In this document: positions 43,343 to 52,677 of the stretch, in pieces | Numbering within the stretch: the first letter of the stretch is position 1 | Layout: the number at the start of each line of letters is the position of its first letter | Assembly (NCBI GenBank): GCA_963725865.1 | Contig: CAVSAC010000017.1 | Location: 1 to 64,000 of the forward strand | Length of the DNA stretch: 64,000 nucleotides | Reading direction: 5' to 3' | DNA from: Candidatus Eiseniibacteriota bacterium | Lineage (GTDB): Bacteria > Eisenbacteria > RBG-16-71-46 | Notes under the pieces: model-generated | The model's database searches: none | What the model was told of the DNA's origin: nothing | The model's input: the letters and a program-made list of their open reading frames with translations, nothing else | Program-made: the position numbers and the translations under genes

Positions 43343-44426
43343 TCACTGATCGAGCCCGCGGCTACCAGCTTGGCCTTGATTCGAGCAGGTTGCCGCCTTC
43401 CGGCCAGCGAGCACCCTCACCACCGCCCGCTCCGCCGGATGCAGCCCCGGCGGCATCCGCTCCGCCAGCGCCTCCGGCCGCTTCAGCCCGCATCGCACCA
43501 CGCGACCCGCGCCTGAACGCCTCGAGCACCGCGGGGTGCACGTACGACTCGCGGACCACCGCCGGCGTGTTGCCCAGCCACGCGCGGTCACCGCGATCGC
43601 GCGCGTGATCGCTGCTCCTCGCGGCTCTCCACGCGCGACCGCCGCCTCGCCAGCGTCGCAGCTCCGCCGCGCACACCAGCGTCACCGCGCGCACCACGTG
43701 CGAAAGTCCTTCGCCGTGAACCGTGCGCCCATCGCGCGCCTCACGTACGCGTTCAGGTGCGCGGTCCGCAGGTCGCGCACGACGCCGCGCGCGTCGCGGT
43801 ACTTGAACAGCTCGCGCCCGGGCATCCTCAGCATCTCGCGCACCAGCCGCGCCAGGCGCGCGCTCGCGCAGGAGCCTGCCCTGCCGCACGCCGTGCTTGC
43901 CGCGGAACGTCGGCGCACGCCGGCGCCGTTCACCCACACGTGCCGCGGCCGCAGCGTGGCGAGGCCGAACGCGCCGTTCTGGCGCGCGTAGCGCTCGGTC
44001 GCCCGGTCGCAGCGCGGCCACGCCGAGCAGCAGCACGGCGACGGCACACGCCCGCTCCAGCGGCATGCCGGGCCGCGCGAGGTCGCGACGCACGGCCGCG
44101 CGAACGTGCGGCAGGGCCTTCGCGAACGCGAGCAGCCGGTCGAACTTTCGCCGCGCGCGCCGCGCGGTGTGCGCCTCTGCGGTAGAGGTACTGCCAGCGC
44201 CCGGCGGCGTCGCGGCCGACGGCCTGCACCTTGGCACCCGGCCCGCGGGGCGATGGCGACCTCGCGCCACGCGGGCGGCACGCGCAGCCGCGCGATGCGC
44301 CGGCGCTCGGCTCCGGAGACGGCGGCCCCGCGCCCGCGGTAGCGGAATCCCGACGCGCGGCCCGCCGCTCCGGCGGATGCCGGTGGCCTGCAGCCGCTCT
44401 CGCAGGGTGGCGTAGGTTCGCGACAT
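43343..44426 (-). CDS. Bacterial (poxvirus-like) DNA topoisomerase IB, many frameshifts
   Basis: 'RVPPAWREV', 'QAVGRDAAGRWQYLY', 'YARQNGAFGLATL', 'FRGKHG', 'FTAKDFRTW', 'LGNTPAVVRESYVHP'. Confidence 0.9.
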
Positions 44427-44496
44427 GGTTGCACTACGTGAAGCGCCATGCCTGGGATTCACGACCTCGATGCTCGGTTCCCCTTACAAACGCCGA

Positions 44497-44522
44497 GGGC
44501 GGCGTCCTTGCGGACGCCGCCC
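44497..44522 (-). terminator. Intrinsic terminator downstream of csp copy 2
   Basis: GGGCGGCGTCC-GCAA-GGACGCCGCCC hairpin followed by TTTGT; homologous to the copy 1 terminator. Confidence 0.7.
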
Positions 44523-44550
44523 CGTGGCGGGAGGTGGTACTCCAGGCGTG

Positions 44551-44754
44551 CTAGGCCTTGCGGACGTTCGCCGCCTGCAGCCCCTTCGGGCCGCGGGTCA
44601 CGTCGAACTCCAGCGCCTCACCCTCGGCGAGCGTCTTGAAACCCTCGCCCGAGATGGCGGAGAAATGGACGAACACGTCTTCGCCACCATCCGCCTGGGT
44701 GATGAAGCCAAAGCCCTTCGCCTCGTTGAACCACTTCACGTTGCCACTAGACAC
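44551..44754 (-). CDS. cspA: Cold-shock protein (CspA family), copy 2
   Basis: 63/67 aa identical to copy 1; RNP1 and RNP2 intact. Confidence 0.97.
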   Translation of the reverse strand: MSSGNVKWFNEAKGFGFITQADGGEDVFVHFSAISGEGFKTLAEGEALEFDVTRGPKGLQAANVRKA

Positions 44755-44940
44755 TTGAAACTCCCTTTGAATCCGGGTCCGAAGACCCTCCTTGCCGCGG
44801 TATCACGCCGCGGCCGCGTCCGGTCGCTGTGACCGTCGCTTCGATCGATGGGGATGGCTGCCCAACAAAAAACCGCCCGAGAGGTCTCTGGCGGATCGGA
44901 ACGTCGGGTCGCACATCCACACACAACCGAAGACGAAGGG
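44755..44940 (-). promoter_or_regulatory. Long structured 5' leader of csp copy 2
   Basis: Homologous to 21736-21920; hairpin 44873-44894 followed by TTTTTTGTT; TTCG hairpin 44775-44788. Confidence 0.65.
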
Positions 44941-45154
44941 AGTATCGGTCTTCACGCCCCAAGTAGACAGACAATTCGCGGTGAACCCCGAATGACCCGA
45001 AGACAGCGCGGATTCGCCAATGATCGCGCACATTCGGCTGCCGGCGCCGGGGCGGGTTCAGGGCGGAACGGTCGCGAACCGCAACCGCGCGGCCGCTCGG
45101 TGGTGTCCCCCGGCTGCCCCCGCCTGCCCGCGCACTGCGTCCGCCCCGCGCTGC

Positions 45155-48026
45155 TCACCGCCACGAGTAGGTGAAGACGGCCTGCACGTAGCGGCCCAGC
45201 GGCTGGTCGCGCGTGTCCTGCACGTAGGTCTCGGTGACGCTGCGGCTCACGCTGCGGTTCTGCCCGAGCACGTCGGTGGCGGTCACGCGGAGCTCGCCGC
45301 GGTCGCCCTTCAGGAACTTCTTCCCGATCGTCGTGTTCCACAGCACCACGTCCTGCCCGTAGGCGGACGGCACGCCGCTCTGCAGGTTGTGGCTCAGCTC
45401 CTGGCGGACCACGATGCCGCGGGGCGACCTGGCGTTGAACCGCAACGCCGATGCTGTGCGGTGAAGTAGTCGCCGGTGGTGCTGGTGCTCAGCGTGCTGC
45501 GCGAGATGTTGTAGGTGCCCAGGTACGACACGGTGAAGTCGAGGTTCGGGCTGATGTTGCTCGCCACCACCGGCCGCTGCGGATGGCGTAGCTGCGGCTC
45601 AGGTTGGTCACGCCGTTGACGCGTGGGCGTGCGGGTCAGCGAGCCGCCGCCGTTGACGCTCACGATGCTCTTGAGCGCCGTGGCCGGCCGGCTGTAGACG
45701 CCGAACATGTTCGCGTTCCACGACCGGTGTCGAGGTTCTCGGGCAGGGTCAGCTGCGTGCCGCGCGCGAGCGCGATGCCGTCGAGCACGGTGTCGCGCGG
45801 GGGCGGTGAAGGTGGCGTTGGCGATCGGGCGCGAGGTGCGCGTCACGTTCGCGAACACGAACCGGCTCTTCGAGCGCGTCGGGTCCGCCTCGGACAGCGC
45901 AGCGCACAGGGTGTGGCTGTAGGTGGGCGCGCAGCTCGCGGGTTGCCGGTCGTGAGCGCGAGCGGGTTGGAGTTGTTCGACCACGTTCTGCAGCTGGCTG
46001 ATCGACGGCGCGTTGGTCGAGGTGTTCCACGCCAGGCGCAGGTTGCGCCGGTTCGCGAAGCTGCCGGTGAGCTGCATCGAGGGCAGGACGTCGTCGAACG
46101 TGCGCTCGATGAGGCGCGCGTCGGGGAAGGTCTGCTCGGACCGCAGCCGCGTGCTCTGGTACGACGCGTTGGCGAGCAGGCGCCACGGGCCCGGCGTGAC
46201 AGCAGGGCGACGCCGCCGTTCTGCGCGGTGGTGCGGTTCGTACGAGTTCGACATGCGTGCTGTCGGGGAGGCTGTACGCGCCGGTCGCGGGATCGAGGCT
46301 GCCGGCGTGCGCGCGTCGGCGTCGCTACGGTGAGCGACGGGTTGTAGATCAGCTGCCCCTGCAGCCCGGAGGCGCAGCGGCTCGGTGAACGCGATGCGCG
46401 CGGAGATCGAGTTGGTGAGGGTGTGCGAGTCGTCTGCTGGTCGAGCGTGTCGCTGGTCGTGGTGGTGCCCAGGTAGTAGTCGGTCAGCGAGCGCTGCGCG
46501 CCGTCGCCGTCGCGCAGCGCGTGGCCGACGTTCAGGTCGGCCGAGATGTTGCGCCCGCGCCGGGCGAAGCGGTGCCGCAGCGTCAGCCGGTTCGAGAGGT
46601 TGTTGCCCCGGTTCGTGTTGTCGCGCGAGTCGCTGGCAGCGGCGCTCGAGGCAGGTGCCCAGACGATGGATCGTGTTCGCGGCGTCGCCGGCGCTGCTGG
46701 CGTCGGTGTTCTGGAAGTAGAGCCGCGGCTGGAGAGATCACCGAGTTGAGCGAGTCGGGCGTCCATTCGAGCCGCGCGTCGAAGCGCTGGTTGCGGTTGC
46801 GGCTCGAGGAGGTGGCGGTCTGGTCGTAGAGCGAGCAGCGAGTCCTGCGGCGGCACGTACTGGCGCGCAGAGCGTCTGCAGGTTGTCGGTGTCGGTGTCG
46901 TTGAGGAACACGCTCGAGGTGACCGCCAGGCCTGGGCCCCACTGGCCGGCGTAGTTGAGGCCGCCCGCGTGCGTGGTGCTGATGCCCGGCTGCTGGCCGA
47001 CCAGGAAGCTGCTGGGGTCGAACCCGCCGCCGCCGAAGCCCCGCCGCCGGGCCACCGATGCGGATGATCTGGGGCGAGCCCCCGCCCGGCCCGGCGGCCC
47101 GCCGCCGCCGGGCCGCCACATGCGGATGCGCGGTCCGCCGCGCCGCCCTGGCCGCTCATCGCGCCGAACAGGTCCTGCGGCGAGAAGTTCTGCTGGTTGA
47201 TGTTGTTCGACATGCCGATCAGCGTGAGGCGGCGTCGCGCCGCGGATCAGCGGTGGCGTTGCCGCCGCCCTGGTAGCGGTCCTGGTCGCCGTAGCCGCCG
47301 TAGACCTTGCCGAACTGCGCTCTTCCGGTCGCGCAGGATGAAGTTCATGGTCTTCTGCGACTGGCCGTCGTCGAAGCCGCTGAACTCGGCCTGGTCGCTC
47401 ATCTTGTCGTAGACCTGGATGCGGTCCACGACCTCGGCGGGCAGGTTGCGCATCGCGGCGGTCGGATCGCTGCCGAAGAACGGCTTGCCGTTGACGAGCA
47501 CGTTCTGCACCTGCTCGCCCTGCGCCTTGATCTGCCCGTTCTCCATGGTCACGCCCGGGCATCTTCTGCACCAGGTCCTCGGCGGTGGCGTCCGCGGTTG
47601 GTGCTTGACCGCGCTGGCGTGGAACTCGGTGGTGTCCGCCTTCTGCACCGCGGGGAAGCACCGGTGACCGAGATGTCGACGCGCGGCATCTGGATCGAGC
47701 GCGAGGTGAGCGCCAGCGCGCCCGGGTCCTGGTCGGCCTTGGTGACGCGCACCGTGGTGCGCAGCGTCGCGTAGCCCAGGCGCGTGGCCTCGAGCCGGTA
47801 GTTGCGCCGACCCAGGCCCGTTGATCACGAACGTGCCGTAGTCGCTGGCGGTCACGCGGTACACATCGCTGGTGTCGGAGACGCTGGTGAGCTTCACCTG
47901 CACGCCCAGCACCGGCGCGCCGGTCTCGGCGTCCTTGAAGTGGCCGCGCAGGCTGGTGGCCTGGGCATGGGCGAGGGTGGGCGCCAGCAGCAGCAGGGCG
48001 ATGAACAGTTGAACGCGACGGGGCAT
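45155..48026 (-). CDS. TonB-dependent-receptor-like outer membrane beta-barrel with carboxypeptidase-regulatory-like N-domain, many frameshifts
   Basis: Signal peptide; plug-like 'VQKADTTEF', 'AEDLVQKMPG', 'VNGKPFFGSDP..AMRNLPAEVVDRIQVYDKMSDQAEFSGFDDG'; barrel end 'GRYVQAVFTYSWR'. Confidence 0.85.
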
Positions 48027-48245
48027 CGGACCATCCGTTGTCGAGAGTCGGTCGAGGGTCGCCGGACGATGCGGTACTTCGGCCGTTGAGCGAGCGCGGT
48101 GCCGCGACGAGCGGCGCGGCGGGTGCGGGCGTGCCGCGCCGGTCGTGCCGGACCGCATTCTACGGATAGACGTTCGGGCGCCGCGGATGGTTGTGCGCGG
48201 CAGGCCGCGCTGGGGCGCGCGGAGCCCGCGCTCGGCGGAGCGCCC

Positions 48246-50052
48246 TCAGCCCTCGCCGCCGGCCAGCGCTTCCAGCTCCAGCCAGCGCGCGTAGGCGGCG
48301 TGGATCTCGTCCTCGAGCGCCTCGAGCCGCGTGCGCATCCTGGCCACCTCGCCCGCGGGGGTGGTGTAGAAGTCGGGCGCGGCCATGCGGTCGAACAGCG
48401 CGTGCTTCTCGGCCTCGAGCCGCTCGATGGTGCGCGGGCAGCTCGGCCAGCTCGCGCTTCTCCTTGAAGCCGAGCGCGGCGCGGGCGCTCGCGTGGCGCG
48501 CTCCGGCTTCGGCTTCGCGCGACCTGGCGGCGGCGGGCGCCGCGGGCGCGTCCGGCTTGCGCTGTCGCAGCCAGTCCTCGTAGCCGCCGACGTACTCGCG
48601 CCACGTGCCGTCGCCCTCGAAGACGAGGGTCGAGGTGACCACGTTGTCGAGGAACGCGCGGTCGTGCGAGACCACCAGCAGCGTGCCCTGGAACTCGAGC
48701 AGCAGCTCCTCGAGCAGTTCGAGCGTCTCCAGGTCGAGGTCGTTGGTGGGCTCGTCCAGCACCAGCAGGTTGCACGGGCGCGACAGCACCTTCGCGAGCT
48801 GCAGCCGGCGCCGCTCGCCGCCCGAGAGCTTGGTGACGGGCCCCGGGATCTGCTCGGGCGTGAACAGGAAGTCGCGCAGGTAGCCGACGACGTGGCGCTC
48901 GACCCTCGCCGACGGTGACGGTCTCGCGGCCCTCGCCGACGTTCTCGATCACGGTCTTGGTCTCGTCGAGCACGTCGTGGAGCTGCTCGAAGTGCGCGAC
49001 CTCGAGCTTCGTGCCGTGCGTCACCGTGCCCTGCTGCGGCGCGAGCTCGCCGAGCAGCAGGCCGATCAGCGTGGTCTTGCCGCAGCCGTTGGGGCCCAGG
49101 ATGCCGATGCGGTCGCCGCGCAGGATCGTGGCGGTGAAGCCCGCACGATGCGGCGTGCCGCCGTAGCCGAAGCCGACGTCCTCGCAGCGCAGCACCATGC
49201 GCCCGGACCGCTCGGCCTCCTGCAGCTGCGCCTTCACGCGCCCGGTCTCGTCGCGCCGCGCGCCGCGCTCGAGGCGCAGCGACTCGAGCGCGCGCACGCG
49301 GCCCTCGTTGCGCGTGCGCCGCGCCTTGATGCCGCGGCGCAGCCAGGCCTCCTCCTGCGCCAGCTTCTTGTCGAACAGCGCCGCCTGGTCGGCCTCGACG
49401 CGCAGCTCGTCCTCGCGCTGCTCCAGGTAGGCGTCGTAGCCGAGCGCGGTAGCTGCGCAGCGCGCCGCGGTCCAGGTCGAGGATGCGGGTGGCGAGGTCG
49501 CGCAGGAAGCTGCGGTCGTGGGTGACGAACACCAGCGTGCCGCGCCGGCGCTGCAGCGCCTCCTCGAGGTGGCGGATGGCGTCGATGTCGAGGTGGTTCG
49601 TCGGCTCGTCGAGGAGCAGCAGGTCCGGATCGCGCACCAGCGCGGCGGCGAGCAGCACGCGGCGCTTGGAGCCGGCCGAGAGCGTCTCGATGCGGCGTCC
49701 AGGTCGAGCGGCAGATCGTGCACGGCCTGGTCGATGCGCGTCTCGATCTCCCACGCCGCGTCGCTGCGCGGTGACGCCGCACACCTCGTGCAGGTAGGTC
49801 GCGCACGGTGCCGGTGAGGTCGAGCGGCACGTCCTGCTGCAGGCCCGCGACGCGCAGGCCCGGCTGGCGCACGACCTCGCCCGAGTCGGGCGCGAGCGTG
49901 CCCTCGAGGATCTGGAGCAGCGTGGACTTGCCGGCGCCGTTGCGGCCCAGCAGCCCGAGCCGCTCGCCGTCCTCGATCTGCAGGCTCACGGAGTCGAGCA
50001 GCGCCGGCCCGGCGAAGGTGATGCTCACGTCGTTGAGGCCCAGCAACGCCAT
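48246..50052 (-). CDS. uup: ABC-F family ATP-binding protein Uup, frameshifted
   Basis: Two ABC domains ([18 protein letters not shown]), linker '[30 protein letters not shown]', C-terminal 'LGFKEKREL...YARWLELE'. Confidence 0.92.
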
Positions 50053-50230
50053 GGATGCATTCCTATCGGGTGTGGGAGGCGGACCGACGGGTGTTCCTCG
50101 ACCCGGAGGCTCCCCGGGGCGCCCGCCCGCGAGCGACGCGGCGGGGGATTGTGCCAGATGAGGCGTGCCGACGCGATGGGCTAGACTGCCCACCCGCGCC
50201 CGTCCACCCCGACCGCTCTGGAGGCTCGCC

Positions 50231-50772
50231 CTGGCCCTGAGCGCCACGATCCACCAGTTCGAGGTGCAGCTCTCGCACGTGGACCGCGGCGTCTACGAGG
50301 CGCTCGAGCTGCGCGTGGCGCGGCACCCGTCCGAGAGCGAGGAGTTCCTGTGCGCCCGCGTGCTCGCGTACTGCCTCGAGCAGCGCGAGGGGCTGGCGTT
50401 CTCGCGCGGGCTCGCCGACCCCGACCAGCCGGCGCTCGAGGTGCGCGACCTGACCGGCGCGCTGCAGGCGTGGATCGAGGTCGGCGCGCCCGACGCCGCG
50501 CGGCTGCACCGCGCCGAGCAAGGCGGCGCCGCGCGTGGCGGTGTACACGCACCACGACGCCGCGCGCTACTGGGACTCGCTGGCGAGGGAGCGCATCCAC
50601 CGCGCCGAGGCGCTCGAGCTGTACGGGCTCGACCGCGCGCTGGTGGCGCGCTGGTGGCGCGGCTGACGCGGCGCATGGCGTTCGACCTCTCGGTCACCGA
50701 CGGCATGCTCTACCTGACGCTCGGCGGGAGCTGCTGACCGGCCCGGTGACCTCGCATCGCCTGACGGCGTGA
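50231..50772 (+). CDS. yaeQ: YaeQ family protein, frameshifted
   Basis: 'ALSATI', 'ARHPSES', 'F.RGL..PD.P', 'WIEVG.PD'; CTG apparent start after GGAGG. Confidence 0.9.
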
Positions 50773-50904
50773 GGCGGAGCGGCGCGGCGCCGGCGCGGCC
50801 GGCCCCGGCGCAGAACGCCGTTGAGTGGCGCCGACGGCGGGCGGTACCTTCACCTGCGTGCGTCGGATCCTCCGCCGGCGCTCCCCGTCGCCAGGAGGAA
50901 CGCC

Positions 50905-51042
50905 ATGCCCATCCGCGATCTGCTTCGCTCCTTGGTGCGCCCCGCAGTGCTCGCGGGCGGCCGCGTCGCAGCGGGCGTCTACCAGATCGTGCTCGCCGCG
51001 GGGGAGGAGCGCCGCGCGCGCCGCGTCGTCGTGGTGCGCTGA
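50905..51042 (+). CDS. 45-aa ORF: signal-peptide-like start fused to the last strands of a CTD (possible deletion remnant)
   Basis: AGGAGG RBS; MPIRDLLRSLVRPAVLAGGRVAAGVYQIVLAAGEERRARRVVVVR*. Confidence 0.55.
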   Translation: MPIRDLLRSLVRPAVLAGGRVAAGVYQIVLAAGEERRARRVVVVR

Positions 51043-51104
51043 ACGTGCGCGCCGGACCGCTCGATCCCGCCCGCGCTGGCCGCCTCGACTTGGCCCACGG
51101 GCGC

Positions 51105-51830
51105 GTGCGCTGTCGGCTTCGCCGTGCGGTCCACGCCGCGATGCTGGTCGTGCTCGCGGCCCTCGCGGCGGGTTGCGGCGAGGGGCCGTCGGGACCGACG
51201 GCGAAGCCGGGCGCGCTCCGGTTCGACTTCGACTTCGGGGCCGGGATCGCCGGCTGGTCGGGCGGCTTCTCCGATTATGGCCCCCACACGGTGCCGGTCG
51301 ATGTGGTGTGCGACTGGCGCGCGCTCCCGGCGCCGTTCACGGGCTCGGGCTACCACCTCGGCGGCACCAACCGCAGCGACGACCTGTTCATCTACGTGAA
51401 GACGCAGCTCCACGGCTTCGCGCCGTCCACGGCCTACCGATTCGCGTTCCAGGCGAGGTTCGTGACCGATGCCCCCACGGGCTGCCCGGGAGTCGGAGGC
51501 TCGCCGGGCAACTCGGTGTGGATCGTCGCCGGAGCCTCGCCGCTCGAGCCGCGGACCGTGCTGGTCTCGGGCGAGTACCGGGTGAACATCGCGCGCGGCA
51601 ATCAATCGACCGGCGGGCCGGAGGGCGCGGTGCTGGGCGACATCGCGACCGCGAACACCGATTGCCTGGTGCGCGTCCCGGCGTCGAAGCTGCTCGCTCC
51701 CGCGCCGGGCATCGTCGTGCGCAGCGACGGCCGCGGCGACCTGTGGCTGCTGCTGGGGATGGACTCGGGCTTCGAGGCCGCGAGCCAGGTGAGCTTCCAG
51801 TCGCTGGTCGTCACGGCCGAGCCGATCTGA
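51105..51830 (+). CDS. Putative beta-rich lipoprotein
   Basis: Lipobox 'LAALAAGC'; 'NRSDDLFIY', 'GVGGSPG.SV', 'GMDSGFE'. Start uncertain (51105 or 51141). Confidence 0.72.
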   Translation: MRCRLRRAVHAAMLVVLAALAAGCGEGPSGPTAKPGALRFDFDFGAGIAGWSGGFSDYGPHTVPVDVVCDWRALPAPFTGSGYHLGGTNRSDDLFIYVKTQLHGFAPSTAYRFAFQARFVTDAPTGCPGVGGSPGNSVWIVAGASPLEPRTVLVSGEYRVNIARGNQSTGGPEGAVLGDIATANTDCLVRVPASKLLAPAPGIVVRSDGRGDLWLLLGMDSGFEAASQVSFQSLVVTAEPI

Positions 51831-51967
51831 GGCCGCCCGCGCGATCCCACGGTCCGGCGCATCACCGAGCCGGGTGGACGAGCCCCAGTCCTCGCTTGGG
51901 CCCCCGTGCCTGCGGCGGGTAGAGTGCGGCCGACCGCTTTCCCACTCCCGCAAAGGCCGAGGTCGCC

Positions 51968-52549
51968 ATGTCGACGAAGCTGCGTGTCGCGCTCGTGCTC
52001 GTCCTGCTCGCACTCACCGGCTGCACCGCGCTCCAGGAGCTGGCGGCGCTGCGCAGCTGCACCTTCGCATTCACCAACGTGTCCGACGTGCGCATCGCCG
52101 GCATTGCCATCGGTCCGAGCTCGCGCTCCGGCTCGCTCGGCAGCGTCGATGCGATGCGCCTCGCCGCGGCAGTGCTCGCCAGGCAGGTGCCGCTCGAGCT
52201 GGTGGCGCACGTGAGCGCCACCAACCCGCCCGAGAACAAGGTGGCGGCGCGGATGGTGAACCTCGATTGGACGCTGTTCGTCGAGGAGCGCCAGGCGCTG
52301 GCGGGCACGCTGGCCGAGGCGGTGTCGATCGCGCCGGGCCGCACCGCCGACGTGCCGCTCGCGGTGAGGTTCGACCTGCTCCAGCTCGCGAGCGGTGGCG
52401 CCCGGGACATGTTCGAGCTGGCGCTCGCCATCGCGGGGCAGGGGACGGTGAAGAAGGACCTGCGCCTCGAGCTGATGCCGACCATCGAGACCTCGCTCGG
52501 GCCGATCCGCTATCCGTCGCCGATCGTGGTGCACCGCCTCGCGCCCTGA
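51968..52549 (+). CDS. LEA type 2 / WHy-like lipoprotein
   Basis: Lipobox 'LALTGC'; 'VSATNP', 'LDWTLFV', 'VPLAVRFDL'. Confidence 0.75.
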   Translation: MSTKLRVALVLVLLALTGCTALQELAALRSCTFAFTNVSDVRIAGIAIGPSSRSGSLGSVDAMRLAAAVLARQVPLELVAHVSATNPPENKVAARMVNLDWTLFVEERQALAGTLAEAVSIAPGRTADVPLAVRFDLLQLASGGARDMFELALAIAGQGTVKKDLRLELMPTIETSLGPIRYPSPIVVHRLAP

Positions 52550-52594
52550 GCGCGGGCGCATCGCCCGGATGAGCACCCCGGCGCCCGGACGACT

Positions 52595-52621
52595 CGAGGG
52601 AGGCCCACCGGGCCTCCCTCG
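52595..52621. terminator. Perfect 12-bp hairpin between convergent genes
   Basis: CGAGGGAGGCCC-ACC-GGGCCTCCCTCG. Confidence 0.7.
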
Positions 52622-52677
52622 TCGCTCTTCGATTCTCCGGCGCCGCGGCGTGCGCCGCGGTCCGGGCGGCGTCCGGG

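Noticed and set aside
43343..44426. Tyrosine recombinase/integrase marking a mobile element
   Set aside because: The motifs are those of TopIB (KDFRTW, LGNTPAV..SY), and no att sites were found.
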